A stretch of DNA of 64,000 nt from positions 544,001 through 608,000 of the forward strand of contig CAVVMW010000014.1 in assembly GCA_963749495.1 (NCBI GenBank), in the 5' to 3' direction. Positions 10,425 through 19,272 of the stretch are shown piece after piece; position 1 is the first letter of the stretch, and every line of letters begins with the position of its first letter. The position numbers and the translations under genes are program-made. This DNA is from an uncultured bacterium. GTDB lineage: Bacteria > Verrucomicrobiota > Verrucomicrobiia > Limisphaerales > UBA8199. The notes below the pieces were generated by a model. The model worked only from the letters and a program-made list of their open reading frames with translations. It ran no database searches and was not told where the DNA came from.

Positions 10425-10853
10425 TCACGGCTTCGCGCGGCGTTTTTCCCCTCTGGTCCAGATGACCTTCGGCTCAATGACGCGCCCGGCGGTGTCAATC
10501 CGAAACCGGCCGCCGCCGTGGCTGTCCGGGCAATGGTTGCTGCAGGTGTTGGCGTATCCGAATTCCAGGTACTCCTTGCCCTGCTTGCGGAGGAGCACGC
10601 CCATGGCGCGAAGAAATGCCTCCGGGATCTGGTCCAGGTCAACGTGATCCTCTCCGAAGATGTAAATCTCGGCGGCGCGGCGGTCGTACTCGACGGAGAG
10701 CAGCGAATCGGCGTGGGTGGCGCGCAGCCCGCGGCCGCCGTCGATCGCCTGAGGCTGTTCGCGGCCGAGCAGCGCCTTGATCAAAGCGTCGGCCTCTTCA
10801 GGGGCGCATTTGATCGCCTCTTGTGCGGTTATATCGGTGAAATAATCTGGCAT
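10425..10853 (-). CDS. Hypothetical protein (MPDYFT...ANTCS....HGGG type)
   Basis: Globular-looking 142 aa ORF in the operon; start placed at MPDYFT. Confidence 0.6.
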   Translation of the reverse strand: MPDYFTDITAQEAIKCAPEEADALIKALLGREQPQAIDGGRGLRATHADSLLSVEYDRRAAEIYIFGEDHVDLDQIPEAFLRAMGVLLRKQGKEYLEFGYANTCSNHCPDSHGGGRFRIDTAGRVIEPKVIWTRGEKRRAKP

Positions 10854-10881
10854 GCGTTGAAGTCTGGCCGCGTTCCGCCGG

Positions 10882-11409
10882 TCATCGTGGGACCTCGACC
10901 AACCGCAGGGGCTTTGAATTGAGCAGGTCCCCAGGCTCGAAGCGGTAGCCCCACCTGTTCTCGCCTTCCTGGGTGAGCACGCCCGCAGCCTGCGAATCGA
11001 GAGAGGCGGAGTCTCCTGCCATCGGAGCGGTTTGCCTTGCGTTGGCGGAGGCGGCGGAGGCGCCAAATTGCCCGGTGCGGAGGGACAGGGCGTTTTCACG
11101 GACGAACGCCGGGAGACGGGGATCGTTTCGCAACGCGAACCGCTCGTAGTCATTGAGTTCACTCCAGTGTTTGGGGCGGTAGGTGTAGTATCCCAGGCTG
11201 TCGTGGTAATGCAGCCGGTAGGGCGGCTGCGGCGGCTTGTTGAGGTTGGCCCCCAGGGTGATATCCGTTTTCCACGCCGGATTCCCATCGGCGAAGCGGT
11301 CAATGAAGCGGTTATAGACAGACTCCAACGAGTCGCTGGCGGCAAGGGACGGGAATCCGCCGATCACGAGCAGGGTCAGGATGGCAAACGTCTTTCTCAC
11401 ACTCTTCAT
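10882..11409 (-). CDS. Exported hypothetical protein
   Basis: Signal peptide RKTFAILTLLVIGGFPSLAA. Confidence 0.6.
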   Translation of the reverse strand: MKSVRKTFAILTLLVIGGFPSLAASDSLESVYNRFIDRFADGNPAWKTDITLGANLNKPPQPPYRLHYHDSLGYYTYRPKHWSELNDYERFALRNDPRLPAFVRENALSLRTGQFGASAASANARQTAPMAGDSASLDSQAAGVLTQEGENRWGYRFEPGDLLNSKPLRLVEVPR

Positions 11410-11527
11410 TATAAAGCCGGCTTCATTCTTTTGGCCCCGTTCCGTTGGGTTTCCTGGGGGCTCGCGGGCGGCAGGGCCGATCCCGCGTGGGTACGGGGCG
11501 CGGTTTCAAGCAAGATCCTGCAGCACT

Positions 11528-12001
11528 TCAATTCGGGCAGTTCAGGCGCGCAGGCTTGGGTCCGGCCTGCAATTCCTGCACCCCCAAACTGAGCTTGATC
11601 ACGGCTCGTTGGAGCGCCTCCACGCGGCCGAGCGTTTGCGACAGGTTCGTCTCGAGGAGACTGCAGGATTCTGTCAGGGTTCTGGTGCCGGTTTCCTGCC
11701 CGTTGGCGCGCAGGTCAAACTCCGTCATCTTGGCGTAGAGGTTGGTCAGGTCCCGGCTTTGTTGGACGGCTGCCGCTTGGAGATTGCTCAACGCCAGGGC
11801 CAATTGAGTCTCGGCCTGCACGAGCTTGTTGTACTCTGATATCGGCACGAATAGGGTCCGATCGTTTGCAGCGTTGAAGTCTGGTTTCGAGGCTGCGATG
11901 CGCTGCGCGCCAGGCGGGTAAGTCAGAAGACAGGCTCCCAGGCCCAGCGCGACCACGATCCCCACCCCGAGCAGAACTCTTTTACGCTGCTTCAAATTCA
12001 T
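11528..12001 (-). CDS. Membrane-anchored coiled-coil hypothetical protein
   Basis: N-terminal hydrophobic helix after KQRKR, then a heptad-like region. Confidence 0.6.
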   Translation of the reverse strand: MNLKQRKRVLLGVGIVVALGLGACLLTYPPGAQRIAASKPDFNAANDRTLFVPISEYNKLVQAETQLALALSNLQAAAVQQSRDLTNLYAKMTEFDLRANGQETGTRTLTESCSLLETNLSQTLGRVEALQRAVIKLSLGVQELQAGPKPARLNCPN

Positions 12002-12093
12002 TTATCCTGCCGCGCCGTTTGACCTGCGGCCTGGGTTGTTCGCTCTTATGGGGAAGGCTCCTGACGCCCTCCCCGTTTCGTTGGCTGCCGAGA

Positions 12094-13317
12094 TCATGCG
12101 GCCAGCGCCAGCGTCTTGAGCACGTCCGGCGTAAACTCGACCACGGCGCTCATGGTGGCGGGACTGACCAGGGACCGGGCAATCAGTTTGCGGACCACCT
12201 CCTCGCCGACATCCTTGAACTTCGGGCCCAGTTTTTGCACGAAGGCGACGTACATTTGGTCGGCCGGGGCCAACTCCGCCGGTTCTTCCGCTGGCACGGG
12301 CAGTTTGGTTGTCGCGGCGGCAGGAGCGCCGTTGGGGCCCGGCGCAGCGCCAGTGGTTCCCTTCGCGGCCCCGTTGCCGGCACCGTTCTGCGGCTGAGGA
12401 ACTGCCGTGGAAGCTGACCGCGATCTGCGTCCGTTGCCGTTGAGGGCGTTTGCGATGGCTTTCTCGGCGTGCGGCCAAAGGTCCGGCGGGAGGAACGTTC
12501 GGATGAGATCGATCTGTTGGTTGACTGTTTGCCGGACGAGGCTCTCCTGAAGGTTCGGAGCGCAGCGGAGTTGCTCGGCGTATTGCGGCAGCGCGACGAA
12601 TTTTTTGCTGCCCGGCCGTTCCTCGAACCTGCCCAAAGGCATCGTGCGGTCGGCAGGTGTAAACGTGGCTGTGACGCCGATCGTGCCGGCGTTGGCCAGA
12701 CTGCACTTGATCAGTCGCCCGTCCACGGGGTCGAAGATGGAGCCCCAGCGCAGAGAGCCATTGGCCTTCGGATCCATCGGGTCGATGGTCTTCTCGCTGG
12801 GCAGATTGATGAGCGCATCGCCCCAGGAAGGCCGGTAGGGTTTGCCCCTGCGCGGCGCGCGGCCCAGAGTGACCTGGGCGATGCCGAACGGGCCCAGGGT
12901 GTTCTCGAACTTGGCGGCGACCAGAAGCGCCCGGCGCTGTTCGTCGAAGCGGAAGCCCTCCGGGTTGTCCATGGTCCACATGCAAGGCTTGGTATCCGGG
13001 TTCTGATACAGGTAAATCTGCACGATGCGGAACAGGTTGGGCTGCCCGAAGAGTTCCTGGTGGATGACTCGCGCGACCTTGTCGCCGCAATGCATCTTGT
13101 AAAAACCCACCGCAATGTACCAGGGGTTCTTATAGGGGTTGATGAACCTCACCCAGTTGTCGCCCTCCGCGAAGGCGATGCGGGGAACGTTGTTCTTGAT
13201 GAGGTCGCTGACGACCTTGGTGGTCTGGTTGGGATTGCTCTGAGTCGCCGCCTCTTCCGCGCTGGTCGCGCCGTACATTTCGGCCAAGTCGTTCGGTCCG
13301 GGTGGTGTACCATTCAT
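12094..13317 (-). CDS. gp32-like single-stranded DNA-binding protein (putative)
   Basis: EGDNWVRFINP...W and WGSIFDPVDGRLIK...GT motifs resemble T4 gp32-family SSBs; low-complexity Ala/Pro linker. Confidence 0.55.
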   Translation of the reverse strand: MNGTPPGPNDLAEMYGATSAEEAATQSNPNQTTKVVSDLIKNNVPRIAFAEGDNWVRFINPYKNPWYIAVGFYKMHCGDKVARVIHQELFGQPNLFRIVQIYLYQNPDTKPCMWTMDNPEGFRFDEQRRALLVAAKFENTLGPFGIAQVTLGRAPRRGKPYRPSWGDALINLPSEKTIDPMDPKANGSLRWGSIFDPVDGRLIKCSLANAGTIGVTATFTPADRTMPLGRFEERPGSKKFVALPQYAEQLRCAPNLQESLVRQTVNQQIDLIRTFLPPDLWPHAEKAIANALNGNGRRSRSASTAVPQPQNGAGNGAAKGTTGAAPGPNGAPAAATTKLPVPAEEPAELAPADQMYVAFVQKLGPKFKDVGEEVVRKLIARSLVSPATMSAVVEFTPDVLKTLALAA

Positions 13318-13404
13318 AAACAAGTGCTTTTTGTCTCTGTTTGGCGGCGTTCTCGTGGTCGCGCCCATCCCTCCATTGTAGGGCTGTGCAACCCTTGTTG
13401 AGGC

Positions 13405-14883
13405 CTAACCTTCCGGAAACGCCCCGAGTTCTGGCAGGAGGGGCGCCTGCTCGAAGGGGAGATCATCAACGACCTCCCTGGAAAACATGTAGGTGACCTG
13501 CCACCCCAGCTTGTTCGCCTTTTGAAGCTTGCTCACGCCAAGGTTGAACAGGGGCTGGGATGCCAGGCAGAGCAACATCAGGCAGATGCCAGGGCGGGGG
13601 TTATCGGCGCCCCGAGCGGCAAGTCCCGCGCGTTGAATCACAAGGTCAAGCAACGGCTTGCGAGAGCAGTCGATGAGATAATCCATGTCGAGCATGCCAA
13701 TATCCTCAGGCTGGCCATCAGCCCACAGCACGCGCCGTATTTCGCCCGCCCTCAGCCGGTTCAGGGCGTCCAGCCTGCGTTCCGGACTTTGCCGGCTGTG
13801 GACAAGGGTGTATTGCGGCAACTGGCGGTGGAGGATGATGCCAAGGCGCCATGTGTCCGCCAACACCACCGCCTTCGCCGCACCCGGCAGGTTCTCGTCG
13901 ATTCCCCTCAAAGTTGCGCCCAAGGCCGGGTTTTTCAGGTAGGCCGCGCTCATCATGCCGTGGAAGGACAAGCCGTCGGGGATGGGCCGGGGTGTCACCA
14001 GCGGAAACACGAACATCCGCGGGGGGGCATTCCCCTTTTCCCCATCCCCCGGCTGAAGCTCCAGTCCTTCGCCGCATTTTTCGGTGAACAAGGCCGGTCC
14101 GAAAACCACGAAATTGAGGTGGTGCGAGTTGTCTGCGCGGACCGGCGTGGCAGTCAAGCCCCAGCAATAGGTCGTTCGGAACTGATTGAGAAAGGGGATT
14201 CGACCAGGCTCTGGAAGCCTGTGGACCTCGTCGCACAGCCAGGCGTCGAAATCGCGCAGCCCGTATCCGCAATAAGCCATGTCCCCCTGAACGAAATCCT
14301 TCAATGCATCCAGGTGAGTGACTATGACCCGGCCGGTCTGGGAGAGGGGTGCCGCATGGATGCCGGTCTTCTCCCCGGGCAATGCCGCCGCCAGGGCTGC
14401 GTGAATCTGCTGGACTGCCGTTTTGTCGTCCGTGGTGACCAAGACTTTGAAATGCCGCGGCAACATCTGGACCAGCCCGCAAATAATGGGGGTGGTGCCG
14501 ACGCCCGGAGAAACCACCACGATTCCGGAGGCGCGCGTTTGGGCGATCACCTCCAACGCCCGGTACGAGGACGCTGGATAGCCAGCCTGGTTGACCCGGC
14601 AAAGGTCCAGCGGCGGGCGCAACCGTTGATCTTTGATTTCGAGCGCCACGTTCAGCCTGTGGGCAGCAGCCGCCACCAGATGCAGGGCATTGGGGTAAGT
14701 GCGGCACGTCTTTGTCTGGGCGTCGTAACAAGCATAGGCAACCGGCTCGGGCGTGGTCCTGATGTGGCCATTTTCAAAGGCAACGTCCTGGCGCACGTAA
14801 ATCAGCGCCCCGGCCAATTCCGGCGGGCACTCCTGGATCGTCAGCGAACTCCGCGTCACCGTCACTGGAATGCCGTTGCTCAT
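13405..14883 (-). CDS. SF2 helicase-like protein (UvsW/RadD-like) with degenerate Walker A
   Basis: SPGVGTT (no Lys), LCDEVH, GLTATP, IQRAGLAAR. Confidence 0.75.
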   Translation of the reverse strand: MSNGIPVTVTRSSLTIQECPPELAGALIYVRQDVAFENGHIRTTPEPVAYACYDAQTKTCRTYPNALHLVAAAAHRLNVALEIKDQRLRPPLDLCRVNQAGYPASSYRALEVIAQTRASGIVVVSPGVGTTPIICGLVQMLPRHFKVLVTTDDKTAVQQIHAALAAALPGEKTGIHAAPLSQTGRVIVTHLDALKDFVQGDMAYCGYGLRDFDAWLCDEVHRLPEPGRIPFLNQFRTTYCWGLTATPVRADNSHHLNFVVFGPALFTEKCGEGLELQPGDGEKGNAPPRMFVFPLVTPRPIPDGLSFHGMMSAAYLKNPALGATLRGIDENLPGAAKAVVLADTWRLGIILHRQLPQYTLVHSRQSPERRLDALNRLRAGEIRRVLWADGQPEDIGMLDMDYLIDCSRKPLLDLVIQRAGLAARGADNPRPGICLMLLCLASQPLFNLGVSKLQKANKLGWQVTYMFSREVVDDLPFEQAPLLPELGAFPEG

Positions 14884-16958
14884 CCGGACGCCGGCTCTGC
14901 CTCCGCTTTGGGGTCATGGATTGACGGGAGGCTGATGAAGTAGGACCGCACCCGGTGCGGATTGACCGAATAAAAGGGATCGTGCCCCGGGTCTTTTACG
15001 TTCTGGAGGAAAGGGGCTGTTTTCGGATCGTCAGCGAACCGGCTCACGTTGCCCCGGACGCGGAACTCGCCCGACTGGTAGTGGTGCGAACAGGTCACAT
15101 AGAGGTATTTTCTGGCGCGCGAACACGCAACGTAGTAGAGACGGCGCTCTTCCTCAACCTGATTACGTTCCAGGCCAAAACCGGGCGACGGGAAAACCTT
15201 CTCGGTGTTGCCGATGACGAAAACGGCGGTCCACTCCAGCCCTTTGGCGGAATGAATGGTGGAGAGCGTCAGCCCGCGGAACACCTCCTTTTGATCCCGG
15301 CTGGTCACCAGTTCACTGATAAAGTCCTTCACCAGGCCGATGTAGCTGGTGGAGAGCTCGATGATATAGTTCTGGATGTCCGCGATATGATCTTCCATGC
15401 GCTCCGGCAACTGAGCGGCGCTCTTGACCTTGACCATGCGCGGGGACACGTGGAAATAGCGGGCGTAAATGTTGCGGAAGCTGGGCAGCACTGCACTGAG
15501 GTAATCTTTGACGGGTCCCTTGGGAACTTGCGCCGCCGCAATCATGTCGCGCCAGAAGTTCATCAGGCTTTCGAACCGCTTCCGGCGGCCCAGAGAGAAC
15601 ACGGGTGGCCGCGCCCAGGTCCAGTTGCCCTGGCCGGCTTGCAGGTCGCGAATGATGACCTGGGTCAGGTGCTCGCCAATGTTGGGAACCGCCGGGAGCA
15701 GCACCTCCCAGGCCAGCCAGTCGTGAGGGTTTTCCAGCAGCTCCAGAAACGAGATGAAGAACTGGATGTGCTGCAGGTCAACGAACTTGATGCCGCCTTC
15801 CCGGGTATAGGGCGTCCCCATGCGGTGCAACTGATGCTCGAGCTCTACGGCAATGTGCCCGACGCGGGTCAAGATCGCGATTTGCTCCAGCGGCACCTGC
15901 TCGTTTTTGGCCAACGCTTCGATTTCGCTGGTGACCCACTCGGCCTCCTGCCGTCCCTTGAGGAAGACGGCGCGCTTGGGTTTCACCTCGCAATGCGGCC
16001 CGCGGCTCACCAGCGTTTTGGTCAGGGCGCCTTCGCAGGTGGCGTTGATCGCGTTGATGTAACCCACCACGGGCGGGCTGCTGCGGTAATTCTCGGTGAG
16101 CACCACCGTGTCCGCTCCGGGGAAGTCCTGGGCAAAGTTGCGGATGTTATCCACCTGGGACCCCTGGAAAGAGTAGATGGACTGGGTGTCGTCCCCCACG
16201 ACACTCAGAAAGGACTCCGGGGTGATCAACAACCGTAGGATGGCGACCTGAACATGATTGGTGTCCTGATACTCATCAACGTAGATGTGGGAAAACTGAA
16301 ACTGGATGATCTGGCGGACGTCCTGGTACTCCTGCAAGGCGCGCATGAAATTGTAGAGGAGGTCGTTGAAGTCAAAAACCCGGTAGTGCGTTTTCAGCCC
16401 ATCGTAAACTTCGCCGGCGCCCCGGGCGATTTCCGTCAGTTCCGCTTCCAGTTTCCGCACCTCCTCGGACGTGCCGGCCAGAAACCTTGGCTCCAGGTTC
16501 AGCTTGGTCTTGCGCTCATACAACTCCAAGAGGTCCGGCCCCTGCAGCCGGTGAGCCCGCAGCAATGCGGCCATTTCCGGGTGGGCGGTTGTGTACTGGC
16601 TGCAAGCCTCCTTGCGCAGCCGGTTGGCGTGATGCTCCGGCAGGACTTTGTGGGGCGGCAATATCCCTTTGGTGCACAATTCCTGCTGGGTCAGCCGGTA
16701 ACACAAGCCGTGAAAAGTGCCGCTGCGGATGTCGGCCTTGAGGGAGAGCTTGCCCCGGATGCGCTGGCTCATGTTGTTGGCCGCCTTGTTCGTGTAGGTG
16801 AACATGAGGACCTGGGAAGCCGGCAACTCCCTGCGCTCGATGAAGTGCGCGATTCGCTCCGTCAAGGTTTCGGTCTTGCCGGTGCCGGGCCCCGCCAAGA
16901 TCAGCAGGCGGCGGCTCGCGCTGGTGACCGCCGCCATCTGGGCAGCATTCAGTTCCAT
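14880..16958 (-). CDS. UvrD/PcrA/Rep SF1 helicase
   Basis: AGPGTGKT, GTFHG, VDEYQD, VGDDTQSIYSF, ENYRS, STIHSAKGLEW and EERRLYYVACSRA are intact. Confidence 0.93.
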   Translation of the reverse strand: MELNAAQMAAVTSASRRLLILAGPGTGKTETLTERIAHFIERRELPASQVLMFTYTNKAANNMSQRIRGKLSLKADIRSGTFHGLCYRLTQQELCTKGILPPHKVLPEHHANRLRKEACSQYTTAHPEMAALLRAHRLQGPDLLELYERKTKLNLEPRFLAGTSEEVRKLEAELTEIARGAGEVYDGLKTHYRVFDFNDLLYNFMRALQEYQDVRQIIQFQFSHIYVDEYQDTNHVQVAILRLLITPESFLSVVGDDTQSIYSFQGSQVDNIRNFAQDFPGADTVVLTENYRSSPPVVGYINAINATCEGALTKTLVSRGPHCEVKPKRAVFLKGRQEAEWVTSEIEALAKNEQVPLEQIAILTRVGHIAVELEHQLHRMGTPYTREGGIKFVDLQHIQFFISFLELLENPHDWLAWEVLLPAVPNIGEHLTQVIIRDLQAGQGNWTWARPPVFSLGRRKRFESLMNFWRDMIAAAQVPKGPVKDYLSAVLPSFRNIYARYFHVSPRMVKVKSAAQLPERMEDHIADIQNYIIELSTSYIGLVKDFISELVTSRDQKEVFRGLTLSTIHSAKGLEWTAVFVIGNTEKVFPSPGFGLERNQVEEERRLYYVACSRARKYLYVTCSHHYQSGEFRVRGNVSRFADDPKTAPFLQNVKDPGHDPFYSVNPHRVRSYFISLPSIHDPKAEAEPASG

Positions 16959-16995
16959 GCTTCGAGTTGTTGTTCGGCAAGGTTTCACCCGGCTC

Positions 16996-17985
16996 TCATC
17001 GGGATCTGTGGTCTTGCGCGTAGAAGTCGATCCATTCCGTCCACCAGGGATTGGTGTTTTTCTGGCGCACACGCTCGAAGAGCTGGCCGGCGTCCGGCGG
17101 CTCCAGTTCCACCAGGTACTGCACGGTCCAGGGGGCGCTTTCCAGGAGCTTGTCCACCAGCAGGTCGCGAGGACCGCGGCGCACCCACTTGAGCCAGTTG
17201 TAGATCCACACCGGGCTCTCCAGAATGCTCTTGAGCAGGGGTTCGCAGTCGGCCGCTGGATGCTCCAACGCGGTCAGGAAGGCGTACCACGCATTGCCGC
17301 CGATGGTCGGCAGATGCTTGAGGATTGTGGCCGTGCGCTCTTCCTGGGGCAGGTGGTGGGTCTGCAGCCAATGGTGGCAATGCGCGGAGCCCGCATCGTG
17401 GTTTTTCAAGCTGACAATGACCTGGAGGATGCGGCGAAAGAACTCGTCATTGAACTTGCGCTTCAGCCAGAGGATGGACCAATGAGGGCTGTGGAGAAGC
17501 AGCATCTGCTCCATGTCCTTGATGCTGACGATGTCCCCGCTGGACAACTGGAAGGGAGCAGGCGCCCCGGCGCGGCTCCGTTGCTGCTGATTCTCGACCA
17601 GCAGATGGTAGATGTACTCCGGATTCGATTGCAGGATGTCGAGAAGCGACTTGTCCTCCTGCGGTCTCTGACGGTAGGCATGGAAAGCGAGGTAGGCGTG
17701 CTCGAAGAGGATGGCGGCGCAGTCAACCGGCATTTCAAACTCGTCCCCGACGCGGAAGAGCACGATAGGCATGGCGCTTAGGGCCTGCTTGAAATCCTCC
17801 GGCAGGAAATAATTGGGCGCCTCGATCGCCTTGAGGGCGTGCCAGCGCAGCTCCTCCTTCAGCTTCGCGATATACTTCTCCAAACGCTGCACTGCCTGAG
17901 GATCGGCGGCCCCGCGGTGGAGGCCGAAGAAGGCCAGCGGAATCTTCAGGATATGGAGGTCGTCGCTCGAGTCGTCAGCGGCCAT
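16996..17985 (-). CDS. Hypothetical helical protein
   Basis: 329 aa ORF in the operon; no family recognised. Confidence 0.6.
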   Translation of the reverse strand: MAADDSSDDLHILKIPLAFFGLHRGAADPQAVQRLEKYIAKLKEELRWHALKAIEAPNYFLPEDFKQALSAMPIVLFRVGDEFEMPVDCAAILFEHAYLAFHAYRQRPQEDKSLLDILQSNPEYIYHLLVENQQQRSRAGAPAPFQLSSGDIVSIKDMEQMLLLHSPHWSILWLKRKFNDEFFRRILQVIVSLKNHDAGSAHCHHWLQTHHLPQEERTATILKHLPTIGGNAWYAFLTALEHPAADCEPLLKSILESPVWIYNWLKWVRRGPRDLLVDKLLESAPWTVQYLVELEPPDAGQLFERVRQKNTNPWWTEWIDFYAQDHRSR

Positions 17986-18838
17986 AACCCTTGCCCGTCG
18001 AACCTTTCAACAGCGGCGCGTAGGCGCTGTAGAGTTGGCTGCACTGGTCAAAGCCACGGATGATGACCAGCGCGTGTTCGCCTCGCGCGGAATCCTGCTG
18101 GTCATAGGGATAAGTGCCGACCAAGGCTACCGCTTTCCTGGTGCGATTATTGAAGGCGAGCAGCACTTGCGAGCGGATCGGCATGGAAACTCCCCGCACC
18201 TCCGTAAACTGATATTCGCGCAGGGGCGATCGCGGGTCCGATAGCTGGGATTTGCCGCAGTCGTCCGGTCCGAGCACCAGCTTGACGGCAGCGATCTGCG
18301 AAAGGGCGCTCAGATACTCAACGACCTCCTTTTTCGCGAGCTGGTGCCCGACGAATAGGCAGTTGTCGGGCTTGAGATCGTCGATTTCTTTCAACAACCG
18401 GGCGGTGATTTCCGCGCTTCTTTGGCCACCCAAGGCCTCGCTGGCAACAAACTCAACCGGGCTGGGCGAGTTGTGGGCGATGATTTCCCGAAGGTGAGCA
18501 GCCAAGTATTGTTGGGTCAGGGCGTAAAGCGCGCTGGCCAGCAAAATTCCCCAAAGCTGAATCCATAGCCAAAAGCGCGGCGGCTTGGGCTTCGCCGGAG
18601 CCGCAGCCGGGCTTTCGTTGGCTTTCTTGACCGCCTCTAGCTCAGCTACGGCCTCGTCCACGGCGGCAGTTTGGCTGCGGGCAAGGGCCTCTCTGAGTTT
18701 TCGGTAGGAAGGATGATCCTCCCCCACACGCCGGTATTTCGCCAGCAACCCCTCGCCGCCGCGCGTTTCGGCGGGGCCTTGTGGCGTGGGGCGCGGCGCT
18801 TCCGCCGACGCGCCTGGGTCTGGTCTGTCCTGTGGCAT
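17975..18838 (-). CDS. Membrane-anchored PLD/Nuc-like protein lacking the HKD motif
   Basis: TM segment FWLWIQLWGILLASALYAL, then a PLD-like layout with IRSQVLLAFN...VGTYPY...GEHALVIIR in place of HxKxxxxD...GSxN...NxEN. Confidence 0.5.
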   Translation of the reverse strand: MPQDRPDPGASAEAPRPTPQGPAETRGGEGLLAKYRRVGEDHPSYRKLREALARSQTAAVDEAVAELEAVKKANESPAAAPAKPKPPRFWLWIQLWGILLASALYALTQQYLAAHLREIIAHNSPSPVEFVASEALGGQRSAEITARLLKEIDDLKPDNCLFVGHQLAKKEVVEYLSALSQIAAVKLVLGPDDCGKSQLSDPRSPLREYQFTEVRGVSMPIRSQVLLAFNNRTRKAVALVGTYPYDQQDSARGEHALVIIRGFDQCSQLYSAYAPLLKGSTGKGYGR

Positions 18839-19007
18839 ATCTGCTCATCGCCCATCGAAGGGTTTACCCCATTATATTGCCGAGAACATGCTCGACCGTA
18901 GCTTTCTTGCTGCTGTTTTGGGATGGCCTGGATTTGGCGCCGTTGCACAATGGCCCTCGGGTTAGATAGCAATTTCATCGCCGGCAGCGCGCGTTTATCC
19001 TGTCTGC

Positions 19008-19272
19008 ATGCCTCCTGACCAAATGAAGGGCGAGCGACTTTCCGCGCTTCGTCCGTTGTTTGAGGAGTTCCTCCGCGGCAAGGAAAAGTTCACCGTGGAG
19101 TTTCCATTTCAACCGTCCCGGCGGTGGCAGCAGTTCTTCATCAAGATCAGACAGCCCCACCTTTGCTTCCATTGCCTCCGGGTCACTTACGTCAATCGGC
19201 TCCGCCGGGCTGGGGTACCCCGCGAGGCGGCCATGCGCCTGGTGAACCATTCATCCGAGCTGGTCCATCAGA
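19008..19272 (+). pseudogene. Tyrosine recombinase C-terminal fragment
   Basis: CFHCLRVTYVNRLRRAGVPREAAMRLVNHSSELVH gives HxLR and L.NH. It diverges before the catalytic Tyr and has no N-terminal domain. Confidence 0.8.

Larger units (their letters stand above)
1..19272. mobile_element. Putative integrated element (ICE/provirus/plasmid-derived); left boundary lies outside the window
   Basis: Co-oriented minus-strand cluster of helicases, SSB, topoisomerase-like protein, PLD-like protein and PilB ATPase, with a tyrosine recombinase fragment at the right edge. No att site was confirmed. Confidence 0.5.

Noticed and set aside
6899..16958. Known helicase-based defence system (Gabija, Hachiman, DISARM, BREX, type III RM)
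   Set aside because: No OLD/TOPRIM nuclease, methyltransferase, PglZ or HamA-like partner was recognised; a DefenseFinder/PADLOC run would settle it.
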